Source of the DNA: the human T2T-CHM13v2.0 reference genome, Homo sapiens
Strand: one strand, 5' to 3'
DNA length: 64,000 nt
Assembly (NCBI RefSeq): GCF_009914755.1
Contig: NC_060927.1
The position numbers and the translations under genes were made by a program. Positions 26,480-39,414 of this stretch are shown piece after piece. The first letter of the stretch is position 1. Every line of letters starts with the position of its first letter. The notes under the pieces are model-generated. The model did not search any database, had not been told where the DNA came from, and was given only the letters and a program-made list of their open reading frames with translations.

Positions 26480-28480
26480 AAGCTAAAGTAAAGTGTAAGT
26501 TCTTGCATCTGGCCCCTCCTATAACTAAAAAGGAGTCACAACACTTAGTGGACCACTGTGGATTCTGGATGCAACACATATCTCATTTGGATGTGTTACA
26601 CTGGCCCATTTATTAAATTACTCCCCAAAACCCTGCAATAGGTCCAGGCAGGTTTGCAAGCTGCTTTGTCACTTGTACATTATGATCTAGAAGATCTAGG
26701 GTACTTGAAGTAGCTATGGCAATTAAGGATGCTTTTGAAGCCTTTGGCCTGCCCCTGTAAATGAACTGCATAGCACATCCTTAGGATTTTTTACCAATCC
26801 CTGGCATCCTCCCCAGAGAGAGTAGATAACTACTCTCTACCTCCTGGCTTTCTACTGAGCCTAAGCAGAGACTGAATGCTTAACCATGGCCCACCAAATT
26901 AGTATGCAAATTATTTGTCAGTCATGAACTGGATGTTATCTGAGCCACTAAGTCATAAAGTTGGGTGTGCACAGCATTACCAAATCATCAAATTAAGTTG
27001 TATATATGTAATTGGGCTCAAGAAGGTGACCAGAGCTTGGAAGGGTAGTGAGAGGGTAGGGGAAAGTGATAATGGTTAATGGAAACAAAAAATGGAAAGA
27101 AAAAAATGATATCTAGTGTTTGGTAACACAACAAGGTGACTATAGTCAATAATCATTTAATTGTGCATTTTAAAATAACTAATAGTATAATGGGATAGTT
27201 TGTAACACAAAGGATAAATGCTGGAGGTGATGAATACCCCATTTACTCTGATGTGATTATTATGCATTTCATGGCTGTATCAAAATCTCTCTTATACCTC
27301 AAAAATATATATGCACATTATGTATCCACAAAAATTAAAAATATATTTTTTTAAAAGTGCTGAAGTCACATGAAAAAGTGGCCAAATGTTCATAGTCTCC
27401 ACTCTTCCTATGTTGCCTTTTCTGTCTCATCCTGCACTATGGACACAAGAGGACATCTCAGGCCAGGAATTAAGCCTAGTTTACAGATGGTTGTAAGTGA
27501 TATGTTGGCATCACCCAGAAGTGGACAGCTGAGGCAATACAGGCTCTTTCTGGGACATTCCCAAAAAAAAAAAAAACAATGTTGCAGGAAAATCCGCTCA
27601 GCTGGTAGAGACTTGAGAAGTTCACTTGGTTGTCCACTTTGTTGGGAAAGAGAAGGGGCCATATGTGGGATATGTGGATTGTGACCGAAAGTTTGGCTGG
27701 ATGGTCAAGGACTTGGAAAGAATGCAGTTGAATAAATAGTGGCAAGGTCATGTGTGGATGAGGTATGTAGACAGATCTCTTTGAAAAGGCAAAAAATGGA
27801 GACAATTTTGTCCTATATAAATGCACACCGAAGAAGGAACTCAGCAGAGGACAATTTTAGTAATCAAGTAGAACAGATGACCTGTTAGGCATTGGCTCGG
27901 CAACATGTATTTCTATCCACAAAGGCTGAGTTAGCTCCAGCCACTGCTGTGTACTCCATCTCAGTAAAGACCAGGCACCAGTAAAGGCCAACACTGAGTC
28001 CCTAGTATGGCACCATTTCCCGGGGTGATCAGCCAGCTAACTGGTGGAAGGTTGATTACAGTGGACGTCTTTCATCATGGAATGCACAGTGTTTTGTTCT
28101 TAATGGAATACACACTTACTCTGGACATAAATTTAGCTTTCCTGCACACAATGCTTCTGCCAAAACTGCCAACAATGGGGTTATAGAATGCCTTATCCAT
28201 CAACATGGTATTCAACAAAGTATTGCATCTTATCAATGAATTATTTCAATTATATAAACATCTTAAGCTTATGCTCCTAGTATTTATTGGTCTTTTCATA
28301 TTCCTAACCATTCTGAAGTAGCTGGCTTGAAGATATGACAGAATGCTCCTTGAAGACTCAGTTACACTACTAACTTGATGATGATGCTTTGTGGGGCTGA
28401 TACAAAGTTCTCCAGAAGACTATGTATGTTCTCAGTTAGTGTACAATACATGATGTTGATTCTCTCATGGCCATCATTTA
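26480..28480 (+). pseudogene. ERVL pol remnant (RT thumb/connection, RNase H, integrase), disrupted
   Basis: Manual translation: KVKCKFLHLAPPITKKESQHLVDHCGFWMQHISHL from 26485; YGTISRGDQPANWWKVDYSGRLSSW (integrase) from ~28006; many stops. Confidence 0.85.
27028..27355 (+). mobile_element. L1MA2/3-like 3' end inserted into ERVL pol
   Basis: 'ggtgactatagtcaataat..gtaacacaaaggataaatgctggaggtgatg..tatgtatccacaaaaattaaaaat'; pol sequence resumes afterwards. Confidence 0.85.
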
Positions 28481-28489
28481 TAGTCAAGA

Positions 28490-31294
28490 TGCTGGACTGG
28501 TTCCCATTGATGCAATCTCCAAGCTCACCTCTGGGCACTAAGACTCCAAGCCTGCCCAGCACTAGGCTGGACCCAAGATCCCAGACTCCAGGCCAGCACC
28601 CATGTGTATAACCAGAACTCACAGACCTAGCCTCCACATTTGCTCCCTGAGACTCAGGCATCAAGCCAGCACCCAAGGATTCAGGCTCCTGGCTTGCCCC
28701 TATGCCAGGATAGCCCTAGACCCTAGGCTTCTCCCCACTGACCCAGCTTCAGGTGAACTCATGGTCTAGGCCTACTCTAATAGACCCAAGTTCCAAGCTT
28801 GTTCTAATACATGCCAGCATTAGGTTGACCCCTGTGGACACAGGCTCCAAAACCACTCTTACAAATCCAGGATCCAAGCCAGTATATGTGGAAACAGCAC
28901 TTATGCTTGACTCCCAGAGACCAACACTTCTGGTCTACCCCAGTGCCAAGCCAGCCCACACAAAATTAGGCTCAAAGCCCACCCAGCTCCAGGAGAGCTA
29001 CCATAGACTCAAGTTTTAAGCTGGCCTCCAAGGACACAGGCTCTAGCATGCCCTCATGAACCCAGTAGACAGGTCTACCCCAGTTAATTCCATTATCAGC
29101 CCTGCCCCTACAAACCCAGGATCCAGGTCCTCTTTATAGCGTATACAACCTCTAGGTCTGCCCTAGAGAATCCAAGTTCCAGGCATTACCCTAAAAAAAC
29201 AGGTACCTGTCAGGCCCCTGTAAATCCACATGTCAGACACCAGGCCAGACTTTCCAAGGACAGCAACAGCAAGTCCAACTGCAGACTTTCCAGATAGCAT
29301 ATTCTGAAGCTATGGACAGGCTAACTGGTGAAGAGCTTTTGCTCCTAAAACAAATATATAGAGACTCTAATAATCACCTACTTCTTCCAATGCACAAATA
29401 TCAATGCATGGCCACAAGAATCATAAATAATTATAAAAACATAATACCACCCAAGGAATGAAGCACCAGTAACAGTCCTTAAAATGGAGATCTGTGAGCT
29501 GCCTGATCAATTCAATATAAACATCTTAAAGAAGTTCACTGAGCTACGAGACCACAGACAGACAAATAAACAATATTATGAGAACAATACACAAGCACAA
29601 TTGGAAGTCCAAAAAAGGGAGAAACCATGAAAAAGAACCAGACAAAACATCTGGAGACAAAAAAGACAATGACAGAAATAAAATGCTCAATAGAGAGCTT
29701 CAGTACCGGACTTGATGAAGCAGAAGAAAATATCAATAAGCTCAAAATCAGGCATTTAAAATTTTCTAGTCAGAGGAAGAACAACAGAAACAAGAATGAA
29801 TAAAAGTGAGGAAAATAAGCAGGAGTTATGAGACACTGTCAATAGGACAAAAATATGCACAAATCAGATAAAGAAATGGGGCAGAAAGCTTATTTTAAGA
29901 AAATGACAGAAAATACCCCAGACATGGAGACAAAATTGAACATCCAGATCCATAACACAAAAATCCCCATATAGATTAAATATAAGGAGATTTTTACTGA
30001 AATACTTTAGAATCAAATTTTCAAAATTCAAAGACAAGGACAGAATTTTGAAAGAAGCAAGGAAAAAGCAATTCACCACATACAAGTCTGCTATAAAGCT
30101 AAATAATTTTCCAGCAGAAACACAGCAGGCCAAGAAGAGTGTGAGGATATATTCAAAGAGCTGACAAATAAATAAATAAAAACCTGTCAACTAAGATTTC
30201 TACACCTGGCAAAGGTATTCCTCAAAAATGAAGGATATATAAAGATTTTTCACAGAGAAAACAAAAGCAGTGGCTGTTCATCACCACTAGATTTGGCTTG
30301 TATTAAATGATAGAGTTCTTTGAGTTAAAATAAAAGGATGCTAACTAACAACATGAAAACACATGAGGTTATACAAGTGACTATAAAGATAAAATTATCA
30401 TTAGATTCAGGATATTCTAATGATGGTACATAAATCATGGTTAACTATAATATAAAACTTAAAATTACAAAAATGTTAAAACTAACTAGAGATTGATATT
30501 ATCACTTGTTAGTGGGTTCACAATATATAAAAGTGGTAAATTGTAAAATAAATAACATAAAATGTGGAGCAAAAGAAGTTAAAATGTGCAGGTTTGTATG
30601 CAGTTGAAGTTTACTTATCAGGTTAAAATAGAATGTTATAATCATGGATGTTTTATGTAAGCTTCATGAAAATCACCAAAAGCAAATACTATAGATACAC
30701 AAAAACTAAAAAGAAATTAAGCAAAGTATATCACCACAAAATAATAAAAGAGCAAAGAAAAAAGAGGAAGATAGAAAACAATTAACAAAAGAGGAGTATT
30801 AGTAACTCCTTACTTATCAGTAACTACTTTAAATATAAATGGATTAAATTATTCCATCAAAAAGCATAGAGTGGCTGAATTGATTTTTTTTTGTTTTTTT
30901 TTTTACATCTAAACATGTATTGCCCACAAGAGACTCACTTTAGCTTTAAGGACATACAGACGCTGAAAGTGGATGGCAGCAAATCCTTCCAAACTTCAAA
31001 AATTGAAGAGGAGAGGATACATCCAAACTTACTTTACTGGGCAGACATTACCCTTACACCAAAGTAAGACAAGGACACTACAAGTAAAGCAAATGACAGA
31101 GCAATTACTTTGATGAACATAGATGCAAAATACTCAAGAAAACACTAGCAGACAAAATTCAACATCACATAAAAAGGATCATTTACCACTATCAGAAAAG
31201 GTTTATTCCTATATGCAACAATGTTCAACATTCACTAATCAATAAGTATGATACACCACATTAACAGAATAAAGAATAAAACCATATGATCAAA
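28490..31294 (+). mobile_element. Old L1M 5' portion (repetitive 5'UTR, ORF1, internally deleted ORF2)
   Basis: C-rich repeated 5'UTR, ORF1-like A-rich region, ORF2 start 'aaatataaatggattaaattattccatcaaaaagcatagagtggctg'; jumps to RT-proximal sequence at ~30980. Confidence 0.75.
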
Positions 31295-31764
31295 ATGAGG
31301 CAGAGCAAGATGGCTGAATAGAAGCCTCCAGCAATCTTCACCCCTGGAGGAACACAAAACTGAACAACTCTCCACACAAAAAAGCACCTTTATAAGAATG
31401 AAAAATTAGGTGAGCTATCACACAGTATCTGGTTTTAGTATCTTAAGAAAAAGGGCCCTAAAAATAAAAGACAAGGCAATCTTAAATCACCTATACCACC
31501 TCTCCCCAGTCCGCAGGCAGTGGCCACATGGCACACATAGAGAATCTTGCAATTAGGGGAGAGAGTGTATCAGAACTCAATGCTGCCTTGTCACAGCAGA
31601 AAGCAACATGGGGCAGAACTTAGCCAGCACACATGGAGAAAGCATTTAGATCAGCCCTAGCCAGAGATAAATTATCTATCCCAGCAGTCAGAACTGGAGT
31701 TCCAGCAAGCCCCACCTCCACAGACTAAAATGCTCTGGGGTCCTAAATAAACATGGAAGTCAGT

Positions 31765-32790
31765 GGTATTATCCCATTCTTGCACTGCTATAAAAAATAC
31801 CCGAGAATGGGTAATTTATAAGAAAAGAGATTTAACTGCCTTATGATTCAGCAGAGAGTAGAGGAAATACAGCGTCAGCATCTGCTTCTCAGGAGTTGTC
31901 ACAAAGTTCACAATCATGACAGAAGGCAAAGGGGAAGCAAAAGTCTCACATGGTGGGAGCAGGAGCAAAGGCAGGAGAGGTGCCAACACATTTAACAAGA
32001 TCTCATGAGAACTCACTTACTATCATGAGGATAGTGATATGGCTCCAACGAGTGGAGAACACCAGGGTTCTTGGTCCTCATGACAGTTTAGATAAAACAA
32101 CACGAACACATGTGGAGTGGTTTTAAGGAGCAGAGAGTTTAATACGCAAGAAAGAAAAGAAAAGGCAGAAGGAAGGGGCTCCCCCATACAGAGACAGAAG
32201 GAGGAGGGCTCCAAAGCAGAAAGAGGAGGTCCGCAAGTACGGTGGACATCAGCCAGGTATACATGCAGAGGCTGGAGGAGGCAGTATCTGATTTGCACAG
32301 GGCTCAGGGATTGATTTGACCAGGCATGTCATTCACTTAGCCCACGAAAAAGCTGGCTTTCTCACCCCAGCCTTTTAATATGCAAATGCATGGCACCATG
32401 ATGTTCTACACATGTGGGGATATGTGGAGGTGGCCATGTTGCCAGGAACATGTGGGGAAAGGGCAAGAAGGCCATAAGAATTGCCATGTTTGGGTGGATC
32501 CAGTTGCTAATGGCCTGTATTTACATATCAAAGGTTGCCTGTGGGCTCTAAGAGCTGGGAATTTACAAGAAACTCTTCTGAAGATTCTTTAAAAAATGAA
32601 AACTTCCCAAGGACCCCTTTTCCTCTCTTATCTACCTAAAATAATTTCTTCATAACTCCTACAACATTAGTACCAACCCAAGAGGGATTCACCTCTGTGA
32701 TCCAATCCTCTCCCACCAGGATATACCTCCAACGTTGGGGATAAAATTTCAACATGAGATTCAGCGGGGACACATTTTCAAACTATATCA
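31765..32790 (-). mobile_element. MSTA/MSTB MaLR solo LTR (split by a nested ERV1 LTR)
   Basis: 'gtattatcccattcttgcactgctataaaaaatacc..' to 32034, resuming 32667 '..ccaacgttggggataaaatttcaacatgagatt..aactatatca'; TSD tcagt/gcaat. Confidence 0.85.
32035..32666 (-). mobile_element. ERV1 solo LTR, LTR9-like
   Basis: Minus strand starts 'tgttgtaggagttatgaagaaattattttaggtagat..aaaaggggtccttgggaagtttt'; TG..CA termini; 4-bp TSD atag/ttag. Confidence 0.75.
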
Positions 32791-35700
32791 GCAATCTAGG
32801 CCACAAGGACTGCAATTCCTGGGCAAGTCCTGGTTCTGTGCTGGCTTAGAGCCAGTTGATATAAGGAGCAGGTGACCTATTGAGATACCAGCTGGGGAGG
32901 CCAAGGGAGTGCTCTCATCAGTGTTTCCCAAACCCCAGGCAGCACAGCTCACAGCTCCAGGAAAGACACCTTTGTTGTGATTGAGGAGGAGAGGAGAATA
33001 AAGAGAACTTTGCCTTGCAACTTGTTACCAACTCATCCACAGTAGAATAGGGCACCAGGCAGAGTCCTAAGCACCCCATTCCAGGCCCTAGCTCTTGGAT
33101 GACATTTCTAGATACATTCTGGCCAGAAGGGAACCTACTTCCACAAAGAGAAAGACCCAGTCCTGGCAGGATTCATCACCTGCTAAATAAAGGGCCTTTT
33201 AGCCCTGAATAATCAGTAGTGGTAGTCAGACAGACAATACTTGCTGCAGGTCTAAGGTGAGATTCAAAGCCATGCTGGCTTCAAGTGTGACCCAGCACAT
33301 TCCCAGCTGTGGTGGTTGTGGGGAGAAACTCCTTCTGCTTGAGGAAAGGAGAGGGATGAGAAAACGGGACTTTGTCTTATGGCTTGGGTACTAGCTGGGC
33401 CACAGTGAGGCAGACTACCAAGCTGGCTACTGGGATCCTCAGTTCCAGGATCTGGGTCTGGGGCAGAATTTATGGACCTGCCCTGGGCAGGACAGGACCC
33501 CATTGCCCTGAAGGGAGAGACACAGCCCTGGCAGCACTTACCACAAGCTGATTGAAGAGCCCTCGGGGCCTTGAGTGAAGATTAATGGTAGCCAGTCAGT
33601 ACTTTCTGTGGGCCTGGGGCAGTAGTGACCAAAGGGAAAGACTCCTCTTCTTGAGGAAAAGAGAAGGAAGAGTGCAAATGTCTTTGTCTCACAGCTTGGG
33701 TGCCAGCTCAGCCACAGTTAAATAGGGCACCGCAGTTAAATAGGTAGATTCCTGAGGCTCTTCACTTCAGGCCCTGGCTCCTGGATGGTGTATCTGGACC
33801 CACCCAGGACCAGGGGGGATCTTGCCACCCTAAAGGAAAGGAACTGAACCTGGATGGATTCACCAGCTGTTGATGGTAGATCCCCTGGGCAATAAGTGAA
33901 CATATGTAGTAGCCAGGCAGTGGTCACCCTGGGTCCTGGGCAAAACCCAGTGCTGTGATGGCTTCAGGTCTCATTCAGGGCAGTTTCAGTGATGGTAGCC
34001 ACAGGGGTGCTTGTCTCACATCTCCTCCAGCTCCAGGAAGCTCAGCACAGAGAGAGACTCAATTTGACTGGGGGAATGTCTGGAAAAAGAACAAAAGTAT
34101 CTGCCTAGTAATCTAGGGAATTCTCCCAGGTCTTACTCAAGACCACCAAGGTGGTACCTCTATGAGTCTGCAAGGGCCACAGCATTATTAGTCTTGGGGT
34201 GCTCCTTAATACAGATACAGCTGCAATAACCAAGACTTAGATCACTACACCCAAGTCCCTTTAAATACTTGAAGGCCTTCCCAAGAAGGAAGGGTACAAA
34301 GAAGCCCAGATTTTTAAGACTACAAAAAATACCTAACTCTTTAATGTCCAAACACTGAAGAACATCTACAAGTATCAACACAATAAAAAAGTACCCTCAC
34401 CAAACAAAGTAAATAAGGCACAAGTAATCAGTATCAGAAAAAGAGATGTGAGACCTTTCAGAAAGAGGATTCAAAATAGCTGTCTTGAAAAAAACTCAAA
34501 TTCAAGATAACACACAGATGGAAATCAAAATTTTTTCAGATAAATTTAATACATATATTGAGATAATTGAGAGCAATCAAGCAGAAATTCTGGAGCTGAA
34601 AATCCAGTTGACATACTGAAGAACACATCAGAGTCTCTTAACAGCAGAATTGATCAAGCAGAAGAAAGAATTAGTGAGGTTGAAGATAGGCTATTTGAAA
34701 ATGCATAGTCAGAGGAGACAAGAGAAAAAGGAATAACAAAGAATAAAACATGCCTACAAGATCCATAAAATAGCCTCAGAAGGGCAAATCTAGAGTTATT
34801 GGTCTTAAACAGGTGGGAGAGAGAGAGAGAGAGAGAAGGAAATCAAGTTAGTTTATTCAAAGGGAAAATAATAGAGAATTTCCAAAACCTAGAGAAAAAA
34901 ATCAATATTCAAGTACAAGAAAATTATAGAACATCAAGCAGATTTAACCCAAATCAGACTGCCTCAAGATATTTAATAATCAAACTCCCAAAGATCAAGG
35001 ATAAAGAACAGATCCTGAAAACAGTAGGGCAAAAGAAACAAATAACATACAAAGGAGCTCCAATACAGCTGGCAGCAGAATTCTCAGTGGCAACCTTACA
35101 GGTTAAGAGAGGATAACATGAAATATTTAAACTGCTGAGGAAAAAGAAAGCCTTTATCCTAGAATAGTATATCCAGCAAACATATCCTTCAAACATAAAG
35201 GGAAATAAGGACTTTCCCAGACAAACAAAAGTTGAGGGATTTCATCAACACCACAGCAGTTCTGCAAGAAATGATAATGGGAGTTCTTCAATCTGAAGAA
35301 AAAAAAATGTATGCTAATAAACAATAAGAAATCATCTGAAATTAAAAAAATACAAACAACAACAAAAACTCACTGATAATATCGAGTACACAGAAAAACA
35401 GAATACTGTAATTGTAGTGTGTGTAAACTACTCCTATCATAAATAAAAGTAAAAGATGATCTGATAAAAAATAACTTTTGAAGACATAGTACAATAAGAC
35501 ATAAATGGAAACAACAAAAAGGTAAAAAGCACGAAAGCATGGGGATGAAGTTAATGTGGAGTTTTTATAAGTTTTCTCCTTGCTTATTTATTTGCTTGTT
35601 TATACAGTTTGTATTGTGTTCACCTGTATACAAAATGAGTAATAAGTTATTACTTGTAAGCCTTATGGTAACCTCAAATCTGAAAACATGCAACAGATAC

Positions 35701-37433
35701 ACAAAAAGTAAAAAGTAAGTAATTAAAACATACCACATGAGACAAAACCACCTTCACTAAAAGGAAGATATGAAGGAAGAAAAAAAGAAGATGTAAAAAC
35801 AACCGGAAAACAATGGCAAGAGTAAGTTCTTACTTATCAATAATAACATTGTATGTATATACTAAACTCTTCAATCAAAACATACAGAGTGGTGAATGGA
35901 TAACAAAAATGACCCAGTGATCTTTTGCCTAGAAGAAAAAACACTTTTGTTATAAAGACACACATAGACTGAAAATAAAGGGCTGGAAAAAGATATTCTA
36001 CACCAATGGAAAACAAAAAAGAATGTAAGTGGCTATACTTAAACCACACAAAATAAATTTCAAGACAAGAACTATAAAAAGAGACAAAAGCATTATATAA
36101 TGATGAAGGTATTGATTCAGCAAGAGGATATAACAATTCTAAATATATATTCATTCAGCCACTGGAACACTCGGATATATAAAGCAAATATTATTAGAGT
36201 TAAAGAGAGAGATAAACCCCAATACAATACCTGGAGACTTCAACACACCATTTTCAGCATTGGACAGATTATTCACACAGAAAACCAACAAAGAAACATT
36301 GAGTGCTGTAGGCCAAATGGATCTAATAGATATTTACAGATCATTTCATCGAGTTGCTACAGATTACACATTCTTCTCCTCTGCACATATATCATTCTCA
36401 AGAATAAATTGTGTTAGGCAAAAAAAAATCTTAAACATTTTTAAATAACTGAAATTACATGATGTATTTTCTCTGAGCACAATAGAATAAAAGTAGAAAT
36501 CAACAAGAGGAATTTTGGAAGCCATAAACACATGGAAATTAAATAACATGCTCCTGAATGACCAGTAGGTCAATGACAAAATTTAGAAAAAGATTTAAAA
36601 ATTTATTCAAACAAATGAAAATGAAAACACAGCATAATACAGTGAAAGCAATACAAACAGGGAAATTTATAGCTGTAAGTGCCTACATAAAAAAAGAACG
36701 TCAAATAAACAACCTAATCACAAATCTTAAAAACTAGAAAAGAGCAAACAAAACTCAACATTAGAAGAGGAAAAAAATAAACAGAGCATAAATAAATAAA
36801 AGTAAGATGAAAAACACAATACAAAATATCTATGAAATAAAATGTTGGCTTTTGGAAGAGATAAATAAAATGGACAAACCTGTAGCCAGACTAAATAAGA
36901 AAATAAAGAGAAAAGACCCAAATAAATAAAATCAGAGATGAAAAAGGAGACATTACAACTAATACCAACAGAAGGTTAGAGGATCATTAGAGGCTGCTAA
37001 GAGCCGTTGATATGCCACTAAATTGGAAAACCTCAAAGAAATGGATACATTTCTAGACATATAAAATCTACCAAAATTTAACCATGAAGACATCCAAAAT
37101 TTTAATAGACCAATAACAAGTAATGAGATTAAAGCTATAATAAATAGTATCTTAGCAAAGAAAAACCCAGGACACGATGGCTTCATTGCTGAATTATACA
37201 TAACATTTAAAGAACGAACATCAATTCTACTCAAACTATTCCAAAAAACAGAGCAGGGGGAATACTTCAAACTCATCCTAAGAGGCCAGTTTTGCCCTCA
37301 TAACCAAAACAAGACAAAGATATGTCAAAAAAAAAAAAAAAAAAGGAAGAAAACTCTAGGTCAATATCTCTGATGAACATTGATGCAAAAGTTCTCAAAA
37401 AAATGCTAGAAAATCAAATTTAACATAATACAT

Positions 37434-37908
37434 AAACTTAGTTGGTCAAGCAGTAACAGGGTTTGAGAGGTTTGATTTCAATTTTGAAAGAAGCTATATG
37501 TAAGTAAAATGCTAGCAAACATCCTCTCATGATACAGAGAAATGTTTTATGAAGAGTCACTCAATATTTAAAATTTCATTGTTGTCTTATTTTAATAAGT
37601 TACCACAGCCACCCCAACCTTCAGAAACCACCACATTGATCAATGAGCAGCCATCAACATCAAGGCAAGACCCTCCACCAGCTAAAAGATTCCAACTCAC
37701 TGAAGGCACAGATGATCCTTAGCATTTTTTAGCAATAAGTATTTTTAAATTAAGTAATATAAACAAAGTAAAAAATATATAATGCTACTGAGCACTTCAT
37801 GAACTACAGTATTGTCTGAATGTAACTTTTTTATGCACTGGGAAATGCAATGTTCACATTATTTTGTGGTCTGGAACCAGACCCATAATATCTCTGAGAT
37901 TTGCCCTG
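37434..37908 (+). mobile_element. Tigger1 DNA transposon, 3' part
   Basis: 'cagccaccccaaccttcag..cagccatcaacatcaaggcaagaccctccaccagc'; TIR-like end 'tctctgagatttgccctg' followed by TA. Confidence 0.9.
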
Positions 37909-37910
37909 TA

Positions 37911-38660
37911 TATACCCAAAGGACATAACATCAGTATGTGGAAAGAGATACCTCCACTCCCATAATCATTGCAGCATTATTTACAATTGCCAGAATATGA
38001 AGTAAAGCTAAGTGTCCCTCCACAAATAGATTAAAATGTTTTATATATGTGTGTATATATGCATATATAAAAATTGATATATATAACATATATCATATAT
38101 ACATACATATATTTTATCTATATTATATATATATATAAAATGGAATACCATTTAGCCTTAAAAAATAGAAAATAATCCTGTCATTTGAAACAACCTATAT
38201 GAATCTCAAGGACATGTTAAGCAATTTAAGCTAGGCACAGGAAGGCAAATACCACAAGTCTCATTTACATATCAAATCTAAAAGACAAACTCATAGAAGT
38301 AGACAATAGAAGGATGTTTGCCAGGGGCTGGAAGGCAGGGAGCAGTATTTGTCAAAGGATGCAAAATTTCAGTTAGAGAGGAGAAAAAAGTTATGGAGAC
38401 CTATTATTCTGCACGATGACTTTAATATTAATTAGCGTTAATGCATATTTAAAAATGTATAATTTATACTTGAAAATTTTAAATGTTGTCACTACAAAAA
38501 AGTATATGAGGTGATGGATATGGATATGTTAGCTTGTTTTAATCAATTTACAATGTACACATCAATCAATAAATCATATTGCATACCATTAATATATACA
38601 AAATTTATTTTTCAATTATACCTTGATAAAGCCAGAGGAAAATGAAAACAAAAACAAAAT
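37911..38660 (+). mobile_element. L1MA/L1MB 3' end with a TA-rich tract
   Basis: 'cattgcagcattatttacaattgccag', 'caaaatttcagttagagaggag', 'tgaggtgatggatatg', then an A-rich tail. Confidence 0.8.
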
Positions 38661-38669
38661 AATAACAGG

Positions 38670-39414
38670 AAATGAGAAGAGATTTTGTGCTGGTTGGTGT
38701 TATTGATCACGGCCACGAAGGGGACGTTGGATTATTTTTCCAAAATGGAGGTAAGAAAGAGTATGTTTGGAATACAGGAGATCCCCTGGGGTGTCTGTTA
38801 GTATTATCATGCCCTGTGGTTATGGTCAAATAGAAAACTATAACAACCTATTCCAAGCAGAACCACTAATTGCCCAGACCCTTCAGGAATGAAGATTACC
38901 AAATCTTCAGGTAATTACTCTATCAGGTAAAGAATCCTGACCAAATGAGGTGTTTGCTGAAGACAAAGGAGATACAGAATGAGTAATGGAAGTAGGTAGC
39001 TGTGAATACTGTTACAACAATATGACCACCAGTTACAAAAATGAATATTGTAATTGTCATAAGCATTTCCTCTTTAATTTTTTAATCAATACCTCTGTGT
39101 GTGTATACTGCAAATATATATGTATGTGTGTACACACACACACACACATGCATTTTCTTAGTCCCTTACCATGTAATTTTAGATGTATTGACTTTTATAT
39201 TACAGACTTTAAGTTATGGGATATCAAGGAGAAGAATAAACACTGCCAAAGTACTTTACCTCCTCTTCAGGGAAACAGGTAAGTGTATTTGGTATGTTAT
39301 GTAGAATAGTTATATCATGTTAGGCAGAATTATTACTTTACTATAGTCTTCATTTGGAGATTAAGTATGGTTTAAAGAGGTACATACAGGCCGCTAGTTG
39401 ACTAGGGTTGTACT
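38670..39414 (+). pseudogene. ERVL internal 3' region (dUTPase-like / pol C-terminal remnant)
   Basis: Translates VLVGVIDHGHEGDVGLFFQNGGKKEYVWNTGDPLGCLLVLSCPV (dUTPase GVID motif); PPT-like 'gttgactagggttgtact' precedes the LTR. Confidence 0.8.

Larger units (their letters stand above)
31295..37433 (+). mobile_element. L1MA-age (L1M1/M2 5' type) element with full 5' end, lacking its 3' end, interrupted by an MST LTR
   Basis: Starts 'gaggcagagcaagatggctgaatagaagcctcc'; ORF1 fragment (IIENFQNLEKKINIQVQE); ORF2 EN fragments (IQQEDITILNIY, MDLIDIYRSFH). Confidence 0.85.
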
